From Candidatus Solibacter sp. (GTDB taxonomy: Bacteria > Acidobacteriota > Terriglobia > Bryobacterales > Bryobacteraceae), in the NCBI GenBank assembly GCA_026394025.1, contig JAPKZC010000317.1, positions 1 to 34,462 on the forward strand: DNA of 34,462 nt, given 5' to 3'. Of the stretch, positions 7,468 through 17,645 are shown piece by piece (the first letter of the stretch is position 1; each line of letters begins with the position of its first letter). The notes under the pieces were generated by a model. The model worked only from the letters and a program-made list of their open reading frames with translations. It was not told the DNA's origin and did not search any database. A program made the translations under genes and the position numbers.

Positions 7468-8805
7468 CTACGCCGCCTTCGGCATCGCTACCGTCTTCGA
7501 CTGCAACCCCGCCTTGGCCAGCGCGTAGTAGACCACGAACCCCACGATGAAGCTGTACACCACCGCCGGCTGCACGTACGATTTCGTTTCCGGCGAGAGC
7601 GTGATCGGTAGCACATCCAGCGGCAGTATGCCCACGATGAAGCCCACCGCCCAGGCGATGTAGCCCGCCATATTCACGCCTTCCCTCGGACCGCTCCACT
7701 TCTTGCCCGCCAGCAGATAGTCCGCCACCATGGCCCCGATGATCGGTCCGAAGCTGGCGCCCACAATCGTGAAAAACCCAATCAGGTTGGCCGCCACGCC
7801 CGTGATCGCCAGCAGAACTCCCACCGCCGCCGCCGCCATTGTGCTGGACACGCGCGGCACGCTCGGAATCATCGTATTGAAACTATTGCCCGCTATGAAC
7901 GCGCAGAAGCACGAAGCCGGAATCGATGCGATCGCGAACAGGAACAGCATCGCCGAAGCGATCGGCCCGCCGATGGCCTGCACCACTTCGCCGAAATCCC
8001 AGCTCTGCGTTAATCCGCTGCCGTGGGCTCCCGCCACCGCCAGAAGCGGCAGCCCGCCGGCCACCAGCACGGCCAGCGTGATGCCCACCAGCCCGCCCCA
8101 CCGCACGTCCCTTTCATCGCGCGCGTTCATTCCGAAATCCGCCCCCGCCGCGCCCGCCGTGGCGAAGAATCCGATCACGATGGCGATCATCGTGGTGAAT
8201 GCGCCGAATGAATTCTCCTGCGCCGCCGCCACCTGATAGTTGCTGATCCCGCCCGAGGTCTGAAAGAAGACCACCAGCAGCATCAGCAGCGGAATCGCAT
8301 TCAGAAACAGGGCGATCTTGGACACATACTGCACCCCTTTCGCGCCCGCAAATGCCATGGCGCCGCCCCACAGCACGCACACGATTCCGAAGGACAGCGT
8401 GCCCGGCTTCGACGCCATCCCCATTCCCCGCAGAATGTAATCGGCGGAGAAGAACGTGCCTACCGCGAACCACCCAATCTGCAATACACCCATCAGCAGC
8501 CCGGGCATCACGTAGCCGCCGGCCGTGCCGAAGGTGGAACTGCCCACCACGTACAGCGGGAACCCGGTTTTCATCCCAAGCATAGCCGGAACCCGATAGT
8601 ACAAGGCATAGCTCAGGATTCCAGCCACAGCCAGCGCGACCAGGCATAGCGCCAGTCCGCCATGTTGCAGCGTTCCTCCCGCCATCTGTTGATAGAAGGC
8701 GATCCAGAGAAAAATTCCGGCATAAGTAGGCGCGGTATTGGCATACCACGGCGCGCGTTTCCCCATCGGGTTGGGCACTGCTTTAGCAAGGTAGTCTGGC
8801 AACAT
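7468..8805 (-). CDS. NCS1 / purine-cytosine permease family transporter
   Basis: About 12 TM segments; GMKTGFPLYVVGSSTFG, QIGWFAV, GADF, FGPIIGAMVADY. AAGGAAG upstream of the ATG. Confidence 0.8.
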   Translation of the reverse strand: MLPDYLAKAVPNPMGKRAPWYANTAPTYAGIFLWIAFYQQMAGGTLQHGGLALCLVALAVAGILSYALYYRVPAMLGMKTGFPLYVVGSSTFGTAGGYVMPGLLMGVLQIGWFAVGTFFSADYILRGMGMASKPGTLSFGIVCVLWGGAMAFAGAKGVQYVSKIALFLNAIPLLMLLVVFFQTSGGISNYQVAAAQENSFGAFTTMIAIVIGFFATAGAAGADFGMNARDERDVRWGGLVGITLAVLVAGGLPLLAVAGAHGSGLTQSWDFGEVVQAIGGPIASAMLFLFAIASIPASCFCAFIAGNSFNTMIPSVPRVSSTMAAAAVGVLLAITGVAANLIGFFTIVGASFGPIIGAMVADYLLAGKKWSGPREGVNMAGYIAWAVGFIVGILPLDVLPITLSPETKSYVQPAVVYSFIVGFVVYYALAKAGLQSKTVAMPKAA

Positions 8806-8849
8806 GGCTCTTCCTTTTTAAATTCCGAATTGTGGATCTGAAGCGGCCA

Positions 8850-8921
8850 GTATACTACACGGCAGTTCACAACTCTGCCCCCCTGGGAACTGCTACAATC
8901 CAATTCATGCCTTCAGGCATG
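8850..8921. promoter_or_regulatory. Divergent promoter region with -10-like hexamers and an inverted repeat
   Basis: TATACT on the minus strand at ~8850-8855, TACAAT on the plus strand at 8894-8899, and CATGCC-TTCA-GGCATG at 8906-8921. Confidence 0.4.
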
Positions 8922-8947
8922 TTCGCTTTTCCGAATAATACCCAATC

Positions 8948-10153
8948 GTGATCCGCCGGGTCTTCAAAGCTTTTCAATATCGCGACTTCCGCCTGATGTG
9001 GATGGGCGCCTGCACGTCCAGCATCGGTACCTGGATGCAGATCGCCGCCCAGAGCTGGCTCGTCCTCAAGCTCTCCAACTCGCCCTTTCTGCTCGGCCTC
9101 GATGCCTTCCTCGGCGGCATCCCCATTTTTCTCTTCTCCCTGGTCGGCGGCGTCGTGGCGGACCGCATCGAACGCCGTAAGGTTCTGCTGATTTCGCAAT
9201 GCGTGCAGATGGGCGCCGCCTTCCTGCTCACTGCTCTCATCGGATTCCGTCTCGTCCAGGTCTGGCAGATCCTCTGCCTGTCGTTTATCACCGGCCTCGC
9301 CCAGGCATTCGGCGGGCCCGCCTACCAGGCCCTCATTCCCACCCTGGTCAGTAAAGAAGATATGCCGAACGCCATTGCCCTGCAATCCATTCAGTTCAAT
9401 GTGGCGCGCGTGATTGGTCCCGCGCTGGGCGGCATCGCCCTCACCCAGTTGGGCGAAATGTGGTGCTTCGGACTCAACGGCCTCTCCTTTTTTGCCCCCA
9501 TCATCTCCCTCCTCATGCTCAAGACGCGCTTCTATCCGCGGAAAACCTCGGAATCGATTCTCGCCGGCATGAAGCAGGGCATTGCCTTCATCCGCAACCA
9601 GAGCGCCATGGAAGCCCTCATGGTGCTGGCGTTCTGCATGACGGCCCTGGGTGTGCCCATGATGACCTTCCTCCCGGTCTTCGCCAAAGACATTTTCCAC
9701 CAGGGTCCCGGCATGTTTACCTTGTTCCTCTCCGTCTCCGGCGTCGGTTCCATCGTGGGCGCGCTCACCGTCGCCGCCCTTGGCAATGTGCGCCATAAGG
9801 GACGCATCGCCCTCATCATGCTCACCTGCCTCGGCGCCGGCATCTCGGGATTCGCCCTCTCCACCTCGGTTTGGTTGAGTTGCACGATGCTGTTTCTCTC
9901 CGGAGCATCCCTGATTGCCGTCTTTACCCTGGTCAATTCGCTGGTCCAACTCATCACCACCAACGAAATGCGCGGCCGCGTGATGAGCGTCTACAACTTT
10001 TCCTTCCGCGGCGGCATGCCCATGGGAAACCTGTTGACCGGCTGGCTCGTCCCACTCTTTTCGGCCCCCCTCGTGCTCGCCGTGAACGGTCTCGTCCTCA
10101 TGGCTGTGGCAGTGTATTTCCTCGCGGTGCAACGGCGGGTCGCCGCTCTCTGA
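8948..10153 (+). CDS. MFS transporter (MFS_3/DUF894, DHA3-like)
   Basis: FQYRDFRLMW, GGVVADRIERRK, FNVARVIGPALGG, EMRGRVMS; 12 TM segments. Confidence 0.9.
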   Translation: MIRRVFKAFQYRDFRLMWMGACTSSIGTWMQIAAQSWLVLKLSNSPFLLGLDAFLGGIPIFLFSLVGGVVADRIERRKVLLISQCVQMGAAFLLTALIGFRLVQVWQILCLSFITGLAQAFGGPAYQALIPTLVSKEDMPNAIALQSIQFNVARVIGPALGGIALTQLGEMWCFGLNGLSFFAPIISLLMLKTRFYPRKTSESILAGMKQGIAFIRNQSAMEALMVLAFCMTALGVPMMTFLPVFAKDIFHQGPGMFTLFLSVSGVGSIVGALTVAALGNVRHKGRIALIMLTCLGAGISGFALSTSVWLSCTMLFLSGASLIAVFTLVNSLVQLITTNEMRGRVMSVYNFSFRGGMPMGNLLTGWLVPLFSAPLVLAVNGLVLMAVAVYFLAVQRRVAAL

Positions 10154-10174
10154 TGTAATAGAGGAGTCGCACTC

Positions 10175-10846
10175 ATGCTCGCCATATTCATCGCCGCATT
10201 CATGGCCGCCGCCGCGCCTTCCCCCCTCGAGGTGGCCCGCGATAAGCAGGATCGCACCACATTGACGGACCTCGCCGCCCAATTCAGCGCCGCCGCCGTC
10301 AAGGCGCCCGACGATCCCGACGCCCAATACCGCGCCGCCCTCGCCAATTGTTATCTCGCCGAGGTGGCCATCGAACTGCGCGATCGCAAAGCCGGCCGCC
10401 AGTTCGCCGAGCAGGGCATCCGGTTCGCCGAGAAGGCCGTGGCCCTCAAACCCGCCAACGCCGAGCACTATCGCCTCCTCGGCACCCTCTACGGCCAGGC
10501 CGTCACCGATATCATGAGCGGCCTCACCTACGGCCCCAAGGCCAAGGAAGCCATCAACAAGGCCGTCGAGAAGGCGCCCAAGTCTTCTATGATGTATGTC
10601 GCTCGCGGCGTCGGCAACTACTATGTCCCAGCCCAACTCGGCGGCGGCGCCAAGCTCTCCATCCCGGATTTCCAGAAGGCCATCGAAATCGATCCCAAAA
10701 ATGCCGAAGCCTGGCTCTGGCTCGGCATCGGCCTCCGCAAGGAGAATCGCGACGCCGAGGCCCGCCAGGCGTTCGCCAAATCGCTGGAGCTCAACCCCAA
10801 CCGCGCCTGGGCCAAACAGCAATTGGAGAAGACCCCGGCGAAATGA
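10175..10846 (+). CDS. Secreted TPR-repeat protein
   Basis: Signal-peptide-like N-terminus; TPR units (AVALKPANAE, AIEIDPKNAEAW, LELNPN); GAGGAG RBS. Confidence 0.85.
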   Translation: MLAIFIAAFMAAAAPSPLEVARDKQDRTTLTDLAAQFSAAAVKAPDDPDAQYRAALANCYLAEVAIELRDRKAGRQFAEQGIRFAEKAVALKPANAEHYRLLGTLYGQAVTDIMSGLTYGPKAKEAINKAVEKAPKSSMMYVARGVGNYYVPAQLGGGAKLSIPDFQKAIEIDPKNAEAWLWLGIGLRKENRDAEARQAFAKSLELNPNRAWAKQQLEKTPAK

Positions 10847-12423
10847 AGTCGCTCGCCACCGCTGCCGCCTGCATTGCGCTCGCGCTGCTCACTTTTTTTC
10901 AGTTCCCCGGCCACACCTGGCTCCAGCAGGATAGCCAGATCTACGCCCCCATCCTCGAACACCTGCGCGACCCCGCCGTCCTGCGCAACGACATCCTGGT
11001 GCTGCACCCCCACGTCGCCTTTACTCTCTACGACGAAACCGCCCTCGCCCTCCGCGCAATCACCGGCGCGGGCTTCCGCGAAGTGCTCGCCGCCCAGCAG
11101 ATCGCCACCCGCGCTCTCGGCATCTGGGGCCTTCTCCTGATGGCGGAAGCGCTCGGACTCGCCTTCGCCCCCGCGTTCCTCGTGGCTGCCCTCTGCTCCC
11201 TCGGCGCCGCCATTGCCGGACCTTCCGTTCTCACCTTTGAATACGAACCCACGCCGCGCGCCTTCGCCGTCCCCCTGATGATCTGCACCATCGGCCTCGC
11301 GGCCCATCGCCGTCACCTTGGCGCCGGAATCGCCGCCGCCGCCGCCTTCCTCTACCATGCGCCCACCGCCCTTCCCTTCTGGGGCGTCTACTTCGTAGTT
11401 GCACTGTGGCCCCACCAGGAACGCCGCGCGCGCCTCGCGGCCCTCATGCCCCTTGCCGCGGCCGTCGCCCTCCTCTCCGCCGCCGCGCACGCCCAATCCG
11501 CTTCCGGCTACGCCCAGCGCGTCTTTGCCCGCCTCGATTCCGCCCAGGAATTCCTCCAGCGCATGCGCACCTCCTACGTCTGGATCTCCGCCTGGCCCAC
11601 CGCCACCATCCTGCATCATCTGCTCGTTCTGTCCGTCCTCGTAGCCGCATTCGTGCGCATCCGCCGCGTCGTCGGCGTGGAATCACGCGTCCTCCTGCTC
11701 GGCCTTGCGGCGCTCGGCCTGCTCACCATGCCGCTCTCCTGGTTGCTCCTTGAGCAGTTCCATTGGGGTCTGGTCCCCCAGGTGCAACCCATGCGCACCC
11801 TCCTCTTTCTCACCCTCGGCATGCAGTTTCTCACCGCCGCCGCCGGCGCCCGCGCCCTGGTCGCGCGCCGCCCCGCCGAAGCCCTCGCCTGGTTCGCCTT
11901 CGCCTACCTGCTCCCCCTCCAACCGGTCCTCACCGGACCCTTCGTCTGGAGCCGCCTCAATCTCGCTCTCGCCTTGGCCGCGCTCACCGCGCTCGCCGGA
12001 ATTCGCTGGGCGCCCGCCGTGGCCCTCGCCGCCTTCGTCGCCATCCCCATGCTGGGCGGCGTGGTGAACTACCCGAGTCTCCACACTCCCGACCTCGCCC
12101 AGCTTTCCGCCTGGGCCCGCGCCAACACTCCTCGCGACGCCGTATTTGTCTTTCCCGACGTCAACCGCGGCCTCGCCCCCGGCATTTTTCGCACTGAAGC
12201 TCTTCGCGCCGTCTACGTCGATTGGAAAGGCGGCGGCCAGGTCAACTACCTCAAGGATCTCGGCGAGCAGTGGTGGTTCCGCTGGCGCCAAACCCGCAAC
12301 TTCAAGCCCACAGCCCTCCCGCAATACGCCGCCAGCGGCATCACCTACGTTGTCCTCCAAGAACCCCTCCCACGCGCGCCGCAATTCCAAAACGCCACCT
12401 ACGTCGTCTACCAACTCAAGTAG
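10843..12423 (+). CDS. Polytopic membrane protein with a C-terminal DUF6798-like domain (possibly GT-C-like)
   Basis: ATG 10843 overlaps the TPR stop (ATGA). Many TM segments; C-terminal WARANTPRDAVF...RAVYVDWKGGG. Confidence 0.65.
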   Translation: MKSLATAAACIALALLTFFQFPGHTWLQQDSQIYAPILEHLRDPAVLRNDILVLHPHVAFTLYDETALALRAITGAGFREVLAAQQIATRALGIWGLLLMAEALGLAFAPAFLVAALCSLGAAIAGPSVLTFEYEPTPRAFAVPLMICTIGLAAHRRHLGAGIAAAAAFLYHAPTALPFWGVYFVVALWPHQERRARLAALMPLAAAVALLSAAAHAQSASGYAQRVFARLDSAQEFLQRMRTSYVWISAWPTATILHHLLVLSVLVAAFVRIRRVVGVESRVLLLGLAALGLLTMPLSWLLLEQFHWGLVPQVQPMRTLLFLTLGMQFLTAAAGARALVARRPAEALAWFAFAYLLPLQPVLTGPFVWSRLNLALALAALTALAGIRWAPAVALAAFVAIPMLGGVVNYPSLHTPDLAQLSAWARANTPRDAVFVFPDVNRGLAPGIFRTEALRAVYVDWKGGGQVNYLKDLGEQWWFRWRQTRNFKPTALPQYAASGITYVVLQEPLPRAPQFQNATYVVYQLK

Positions 12424-12446
12424 GGCAACTCCGCGTACCCGCCCAC
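12420..12446. repeat. REP-like element (GTAG...CCAC inverted ends)
   Basis: GTAGGGC...GCCCAC; the GTAG includes the TAG stop of the upstream gene. Confidence 0.4.
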
Positions 12447-12491
12447 TGCCAGCCGCTCATACTAAACTGATCTCTGTGGGAGATGTCGCAA

Positions 12492-13416
12492 ATGCCGAAA
12501 TTCTCCAGGCGGGGACTCGCCGGATTTCTTCTCGCCCCGCTCTTTCGCCTCAGGGCCCAATCCACGTCCGCGCCACCTGCCGCCAGCGCTCCGGCACTCG
12601 CATCGCGGACCATCGCGGACCCAGTCCCGCACCTATCGTGCCGACGCCGTCATCCTGTTCCTCGGGATTTCCATTTACCGGCGCTCCGCGGTGGGCGGCG
12701 GACAGGCCTCACTTGAGGAGACCGGTGCAGGCTCGTCCCTGCGCCGCACGCTGTTCTTCGCCGCTGGCTCGGACCCCAAGCGCGCCCTCGGATTGAGCCG
12801 CCTCGGTTGGATTCGTGAAGTCGTCCTTGGACCCGCTTCCGCCCCGTCCGAGGCCGCCTACTTCGGCTTGCTCACCTCATCGCCCGAAGACAGCCTGGAG
12901 CATGCCCGTAAGTCGGTCGACACTTCGCCCTCCAGCCGCAGCACCTTCAACGCCGTCAACGGCCGCAATACCACCGGTCGCAGCCGCAGCGCTGTTACTC
13001 ATTTCGAGTTTGCCGCCGGCGCGATCTGGAGCGACCGCGGCCTCATCGAACACGCGCAATCCATGTCTCAGACCAACGTTAATTGGCGCGAGACTTCCTG
13101 GCCAAACTCACCCACCCAGGCGCCGCCTACGTTTCTCCTCCTGGTGGCCACTCTCTTGCAGCAGCGTGCACGCCGCGCCGTGGGCCGCTATGTCTATAGC
13201 GAGCAGGAGTACTCGCTGGAACTCGAAGCCCAGCAACCAGGCCGCAAGCGCGATCGCCTCTTGCCCTTCCGCGGCAAGATCCGCAACCTCCGCACCGGAA
13301 AAGAGACCCTCTTCCGCGTCTGGCTGGAGGAAGGCTCCGATTCCATCGTGCCCCTCCGCATTGAGTTTCAGGCACGCTCGTTCTTGCGCCTCACCTTCGA
13401 AGCCGTGCCTGCCTGA
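12492..13416 (+). pseudogene. Tat-signal hypothetical protein, frameshifted by a 10-bp tandem duplication
   Basis: MPKFSRRGLAGFLL (Tat-like). CATCGCGGAC occurs twice at 12601-12620; removing one copy joins the 12483/12492 frame to the 12691-13416 frame (ALASRTQSRTYRADAVILFLG...). Confidence 0.75.
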
Positions 13417-13531
13417 CCGCGCCGTTGCGTCATGCCATGGCCAGCCCCGGCCTCTGCCTGGCCTCCCGTCCAGCATCCAAGCGTTGTGGAGGAGGTCAGC
13501 AGCGCCAGACGGTGCCCGTCACATTCCATCC

Positions 13532-14044
13532 CTAGACCGGCATGCCCACGCGCCATAGCAGGTATCCGATCGCCTGCTTCACATAGTTCCACCGCTCGTG
13601 AAGCGACCCCGCGCTGTGCTCCCTTCGCGGCGACCCGTACACCTTCAGCCCGCGGGATTGCAGCATCTCCTTCACCCGGTAGATATGGTATCCGTCGCTC
13701 ACCACAATCACCGAATTGAGGCTCATCCGCCGCATGATCTCGCCCGCCATCGCCGTCGATTGCACCGTGCTCTCGCCCTCATTCTCCACGACGCCCGGGC
13801 CGCCCGTCGTCAGGATACGCGGAGCCAGTTTGCCGTTGTACAATTCCAGCGCGTGGTCCAACCGCGCCCGTAGCACCGGCGATGGCCGCCCGCGATATTC
13901 CGCCGCGCCCAGCACCAGAATTACGTCCGCCGGTTGCGCCTCCTCCCGTGTGCTCTGCCGCTCGATCCGCCCGGACAGGAACGCCACCGCGACCACCAGA
14001 CCGATGACCGCCAGCGCGATCGCGTTCCATACTGCCTTTTTCAT
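13532..14044 (-). CDS. YdcF/DUF218 (ElyC/SanA-like) protein, apparently with an internal in-frame deletion
   Basis: N-terminal TM, ADVILVLGA, LRARLDHALELY, ILTTGG, VVSDGYHIYR. The usual TE-containing segment after TGG appears to be missing. Confidence 0.8.
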   Translation of the reverse strand: MKKAVWNAIALAVIGLVVAVAFLSGRIERQSTREEAQPADVILVLGAAEYRGRPSPVLRARLDHALELYNGKLAPRILTTGGPGVVENEGESTVQSTAMAGEIMRRMSLNSVIVVSDGYHIYRVKEMLQSRGLKVYGSPRREHSAGSLHERWNYVKQAIGYLLWRVGMPV

Positions 14045-14085
14045 GTGCGCTATTCTGATCGTTTCAAGCAACCTATTGTAAACAG

Positions 14086-14892
14086 ATGTTGACCCCGGAA
14101 ACGATCTCGAGTGCCGCCAACCCGCTGCTGAAGGATGTGCGCCGCGCCGTTGCGCGCGGTTCGCTCACCGCCCAGGGTTGGTGCGTCGCTGAGACTTTCC
14201 ACCTTCTCGAAGAGGCGCTTCGCAGCCCTTGCGTGGTCAAAACCGTGCTCGCCGCTGAAAGCAAGCGCGCCGCCGTCGAAGCTTTTGGGCGCCGTCTCGC
14301 CGGCGTGAAAGTGGCCCTGCTGCCCGACGCGCTGTTCGACTCGATCTCTGCCACCGAAACCAGTCAGGGCGTGATGGCGCTGGTCCAGCCCCGCGAATGG
14401 AAATTCGAGCAACTGCTCCCAGGCAAACCCCTGGTGGTGGTGTTGGACGGGATTCAGGATCCGGGCAACGCCGGCACCATCGCACGCGCCGCCGAAGCCT
14501 TCGGCGGAACCGGCATCCTGTACCTCAAGGGCGCCGTCAGCCCGCACAATCCGAAGACGCTCCGTGCCTCCGCGGGCTCGCTCTTTCGCGTGCCTTTCCT
14601 GCACGGCGTCGCTAACGCAACCGCCCTCGCCACGCTCCGGCAGAACGGCGTCAAACTCTTCGCCGCCATGCCTGCCGCTGCCACCAAGCCCGCCGAATCG
14701 CTGGCGGCCACGGACCTCACCGGCCGGTGCGCCTTGATCGTCGGCAGTGAGGCCCATGGCGTCAGCGTGGAGTGGCGTTCCGCCGCGACCGCTGTTTCCA
14801 TCCCTACCGTGGGCGTGGAATCGTTGAACGCCGCCATGGCCGCCGCCATTCTGCTCTACGAGGCGCGGCGCCAGAGGTTGTTGCGCCCGTGA
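14086..14892 (+). CDS. TrmH/SpoU family RNA methyltransferase
   Basis: [47 protein letters not shown]. Confidence 0.92.
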   Translation: MLTPETISSAANPLLKDVRRAVARGSLTAQGWCVAETFHLLEEALRSPCVVKTVLAAESKRAAVEAFGRRLAGVKVALLPDALFDSISATETSQGVMALVQPREWKFEQLLPGKPLVVVLDGIQDPGNAGTIARAAEAFGGTGILYLKGAVSPHNPKTLRASAGSLFRVPFLHGVANATALATLRQNGVKLFAAMPAAATKPAESLAATDLTGRCALIVGSEAHGVSVEWRSAATAVSIPTVGVESLNAAMAAAILLYEARRQRLLRP

Positions 14893-16189
14893 GCCTCTTC
14901 GATTCCACCCCGCCCGATTCGCCCGGCAGCCAGCGCCCGCTCGCCGAGCGCATGCGCCCCCACGCACTCGAAGACTTCATCGGACAGGATCACATCCTGG
15001 GCCCCGGCAAACCGCTGCGCCGCCAGATCGAACGCGACGAACTCACATCCATCATCCTCTGGGGACCGCCCGGCGTGGGCAAAACCACCCTCGCCAACCT
15101 CATCGCCCACGCCACCAAATGCGAGTTCATTCCCTTCAGCGCCGTGCTCTCCGGCATCAAGGAAATCAAGGCCGTCATGGCGGATGCCGAGCGCTTCCGC
15201 CGCCTCGGCCGCCGCACCATTCTCTTCGTCGATGAAATCCACCGCTGCAACAAGGCCCAGCAGGACGCCTTCCTGCCCTACGTGGAACGCGGCGACATTA
15301 TCCTCATCGGCGCCACCACCGAGAATCCGTCGTTCGAAATCATCGCCGCGCTGCTCTCCCGCTCTCCCGCTCGCGCGTCTACGCCCTGCGCGCCCTCACC
15401 GTCCCTGAGATCGTCACCCTGCTCAAGCGCGCCCTGCCCCTCGTCCACCTGCGCGCCACCGGGGAACTCCTCGAACAGATTGGTATCTACTCCAATGGCG
15501 ACGGGCGCCAGGCGTATAACACCCTCGAAGCCGCCGCCGCCGCTTCGCCCTCTGGCGAACTCTCCGAGGCAGCCTTGCAGGACGCCATGCAGCGCAAGGT
15601 GCTGCTCTACGACAAGAGCGGCGAAGAGCATTTCAACCTGGTCTCCGCGCTCCACAAATCCGTCCGGTCGAGCGACCCCGATGCCGCACTCTACTGGCTC
15701 ACCCGCATGCTCGAAGCCGGCGAGGATCGTCTGTACATCGCGCGCCGCCTCGTCCGCATGGCCATCGAAGATATCGGACTCGCCGATCCGCGCGCCCTCG
15801 AACAGTGCATTGCCGTCAAGGAGGCGGTGCACTTCTTGGGCATCCCCGAAGGCGATCTCGCGCTCGCCCAGGCCGCCATCTATCTCTGCGTCGCGCCCAA
15901 AAGCGACGCCGCCTATCGCGCCCTCGGCGCCGTCAAGGACGACGTCGAGAAGACCATTGCCGAACCGGTCCCCATGCACCTCCGCAACGCGCCCACCAAA
16001 TCCATGAAGGAGTGGGGCTACGGCCAGGGCTACCAGCACGCCCACAACTTCGAAAACGCCATCCCCGATATGCAATGCCTGCCGCCCTCCCTGGCCGGCA
16101 GGCAGTACTACTTCCCCACCGACCGCGGCATCGAAAAGAGAATCCGCGAGCGCCTGGACGAGATCCGGAAGCTGCGCGGAGCCGGGTAG
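14889..16189 (+). pseudogene. rarA: Replication-associated recombination protein A (RarA/MgsA), frameshifted by an 8-bp tandem duplication
   Basis: [72 protein letters not shown] occurs twice at 15355-15370; removing one copy restores LLSRSRVY and a single frame. Confidence 0.9.
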
Positions 16190-16208
16190 GGCGGACACCT
16201 GGACCCGC
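16186..16208 (+). repeat. GTAG-type REP-like hairpin
   Basis: GTAG-GGCGGAC-ACCTG-GACCCGC imperfect hairpin; the GTAG includes the rarA TAG stop. Confidence 0.45.
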
Positions 16209-16318
16209 TTCCCGCGAACCTAAGGGCGATCGCCTGGAACAGCAGGACTATCTCACCCCGCCGCCCGTTGCGTTGCCGCATGCCCATCGAAGACCGCCTT
16301 CCAGCAGATGTCCCATGG

Positions 16319-17635
16319 CTACACCGGCTGCCGCGTTTGCCACTTGCCGCGGGTGAAATCCGGGAATTTCTGCGGCGCGCTGCCATTGGCCACACTCGCC
16401 TCGCTGAGCGGGATGGGGGCGCTCCAGGCGGCGGCGTCGTAGACATCGATATCCGGCGCGAGGCCCAGCTTCATGCACTCCACCAGGCGATATGCCATCA
16501 CGAAATCCATGCCGCCGTGGCCGCCCAGTTCCTTCGCCATCTCGCCGATCCTCTTCCACAACGCGGGCTCGTATTTCTCCTTGTACAAATCGAGCGATTC
16601 GAACGCCTCGCGCCGCGCCCCGTCGATGTAGACGCGCGCCGGATAGTCGCGGAAGATGCCCTTGGTGCCGGCGATCAGGTTGATGCGGTCGTAGGGTTGC
16701 GGGCTGCTGACGTTGTGCTCAAGCTCCAGCACGCGTCCCTTCACGGTGCGGATCAGGCTGACGTTGAAATCGCCTTCCTTGTAGACTTCCTTCTGGCGCG
16801 GGTCGTCCGCGGCGAGTTTCTCCTTACGGTACGCTTGCAGCCCCGCCGAAATGGAGCTCATGGAGACCAGCGTGTCGAAGCGGTCGCCGCGGTTGACGTC
16901 CATGTAGTGCGCCACCGGACCGAGTCCGTGAGTGGGGTAGAGGTTGCCGTCGCGGTTGAGGTGCTCGGCGCGGCGCCAGAGCCCTTCGCCCTGGCTGGAG
17001 AAAAGAATGCCGCGCAAATCGTGGTTGTAGGCGGCGCCCCCGTGTGTCAGCTCGCCGAACAATCCGGCGCGCACCATATTGAGCACCATCATTTCGTTGT
17101 AGCCGTAGCAGCAGTTTTCCAGCTGGATGCAATGCCGCTGGGTGGCCTCGCTGGTGTTGACCATGTCCCAGCACTCTTCCATGGTGCGCGCGGCGGGCAC
17201 TTCGATGGCGACGTGCTTGCCCTGCTTCATGCCGGCCACCGCCATGGGAACATGCCAGACCCAGGGTGTGGCGATCACCACCAGATCGATATCGTCGCGC
17301 TTCAGCAAGCCTTCGAACGCGCGGTCGTCGGAGTGAAACAGCGCGATGGGCTGCGAGGCCTTACCTGCTTTGTCCAACCTGGCCTGCGTGCGGAGCACCT
17401 TGTCCTTGACCGTGTCGCACAGCGCGGTGATCTGCACGCCGGGGACCGAGGAGAAGTTATCCACCAGCGAATTACCGCGGCCGCCGGTTCCGATGACGCC
17501 GATGCGCACCCTCTCCTTGGGGTCAAACTTCATATCCGCGACGCTTTTGGCCGCGGATTGCGGCCGCGCCAGGGCCGCGCCGAGCGACCCGAGCCCGGCC
17601 AGTTTCAATAAGTCGCGTCGTGAAGAATTCTCCAT
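16319..17635 (-). CDS. Gfo/Idh/MocA oxidoreductase of the GH109 type (NAD-dependent alpha-N-acetylgalactosaminidase-like), Tat-exported
   Basis: SRRDLLK Tat motif; GTGGRG, ATPWVWH, EVPAA, LENCCY, NLYPTHGLGP, GGHGGMD, DVYDAAAWS. Confidence 0.85.
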   Translation of the reverse strand: MENSSRRDLLKLAGLGSLGAALARPQSAAKSVADMKFDPKERVRIGVIGTGGRGNSLVDNFSSVPGVQITALCDTVKDKVLRTQARLDKAGKASQPIALFHSDDRAFEGLLKRDDIDLVVIATPWVWHVPMAVAGMKQGKHVAIEVPAARTMEECWDMVNTSEATQRHCIQLENCCYGYNEMMVLNMVRAGLFGELTHGGAAYNHDLRGILFSSQGEGLWRRAEHLNRDGNLYPTHGLGPVAHYMDVNRGDRFDTLVSMSSISAGLQAYRKEKLAADDPRQKEVYKEGDFNVSLIRTVKGRVLELEHNVSSPQPYDRINLIAGTKGIFRDYPARVYIDGARREAFESLDLYKEKYEPALWKRIGEMAKELGGHGGMDFVMAYRLVECMKLGLAPDIDVYDAAAWSAPIPLSEASVANGSAPQKFPDFTRGKWQTRQPV

Positions 17636-17645
17636 TGTCTCGCTC

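Noticed and set aside
8867..10822. 651-aa minus-strand ORF
   Set aside because: Antisense to the well-supported MFS and TPR genes; long shadow ORFs are common in high-GC DNA.
10348..10842. N-terminal extension of the 691-aa ORF
   Set aside because: Arg/Pro-rich off-frame overlap with the TPR gene; the coupled ATG at 10843 is the better start.
16268..17611. 447-aa plus-strand ORF
   Set aside because: Antisense shadow of the GH109 gene.
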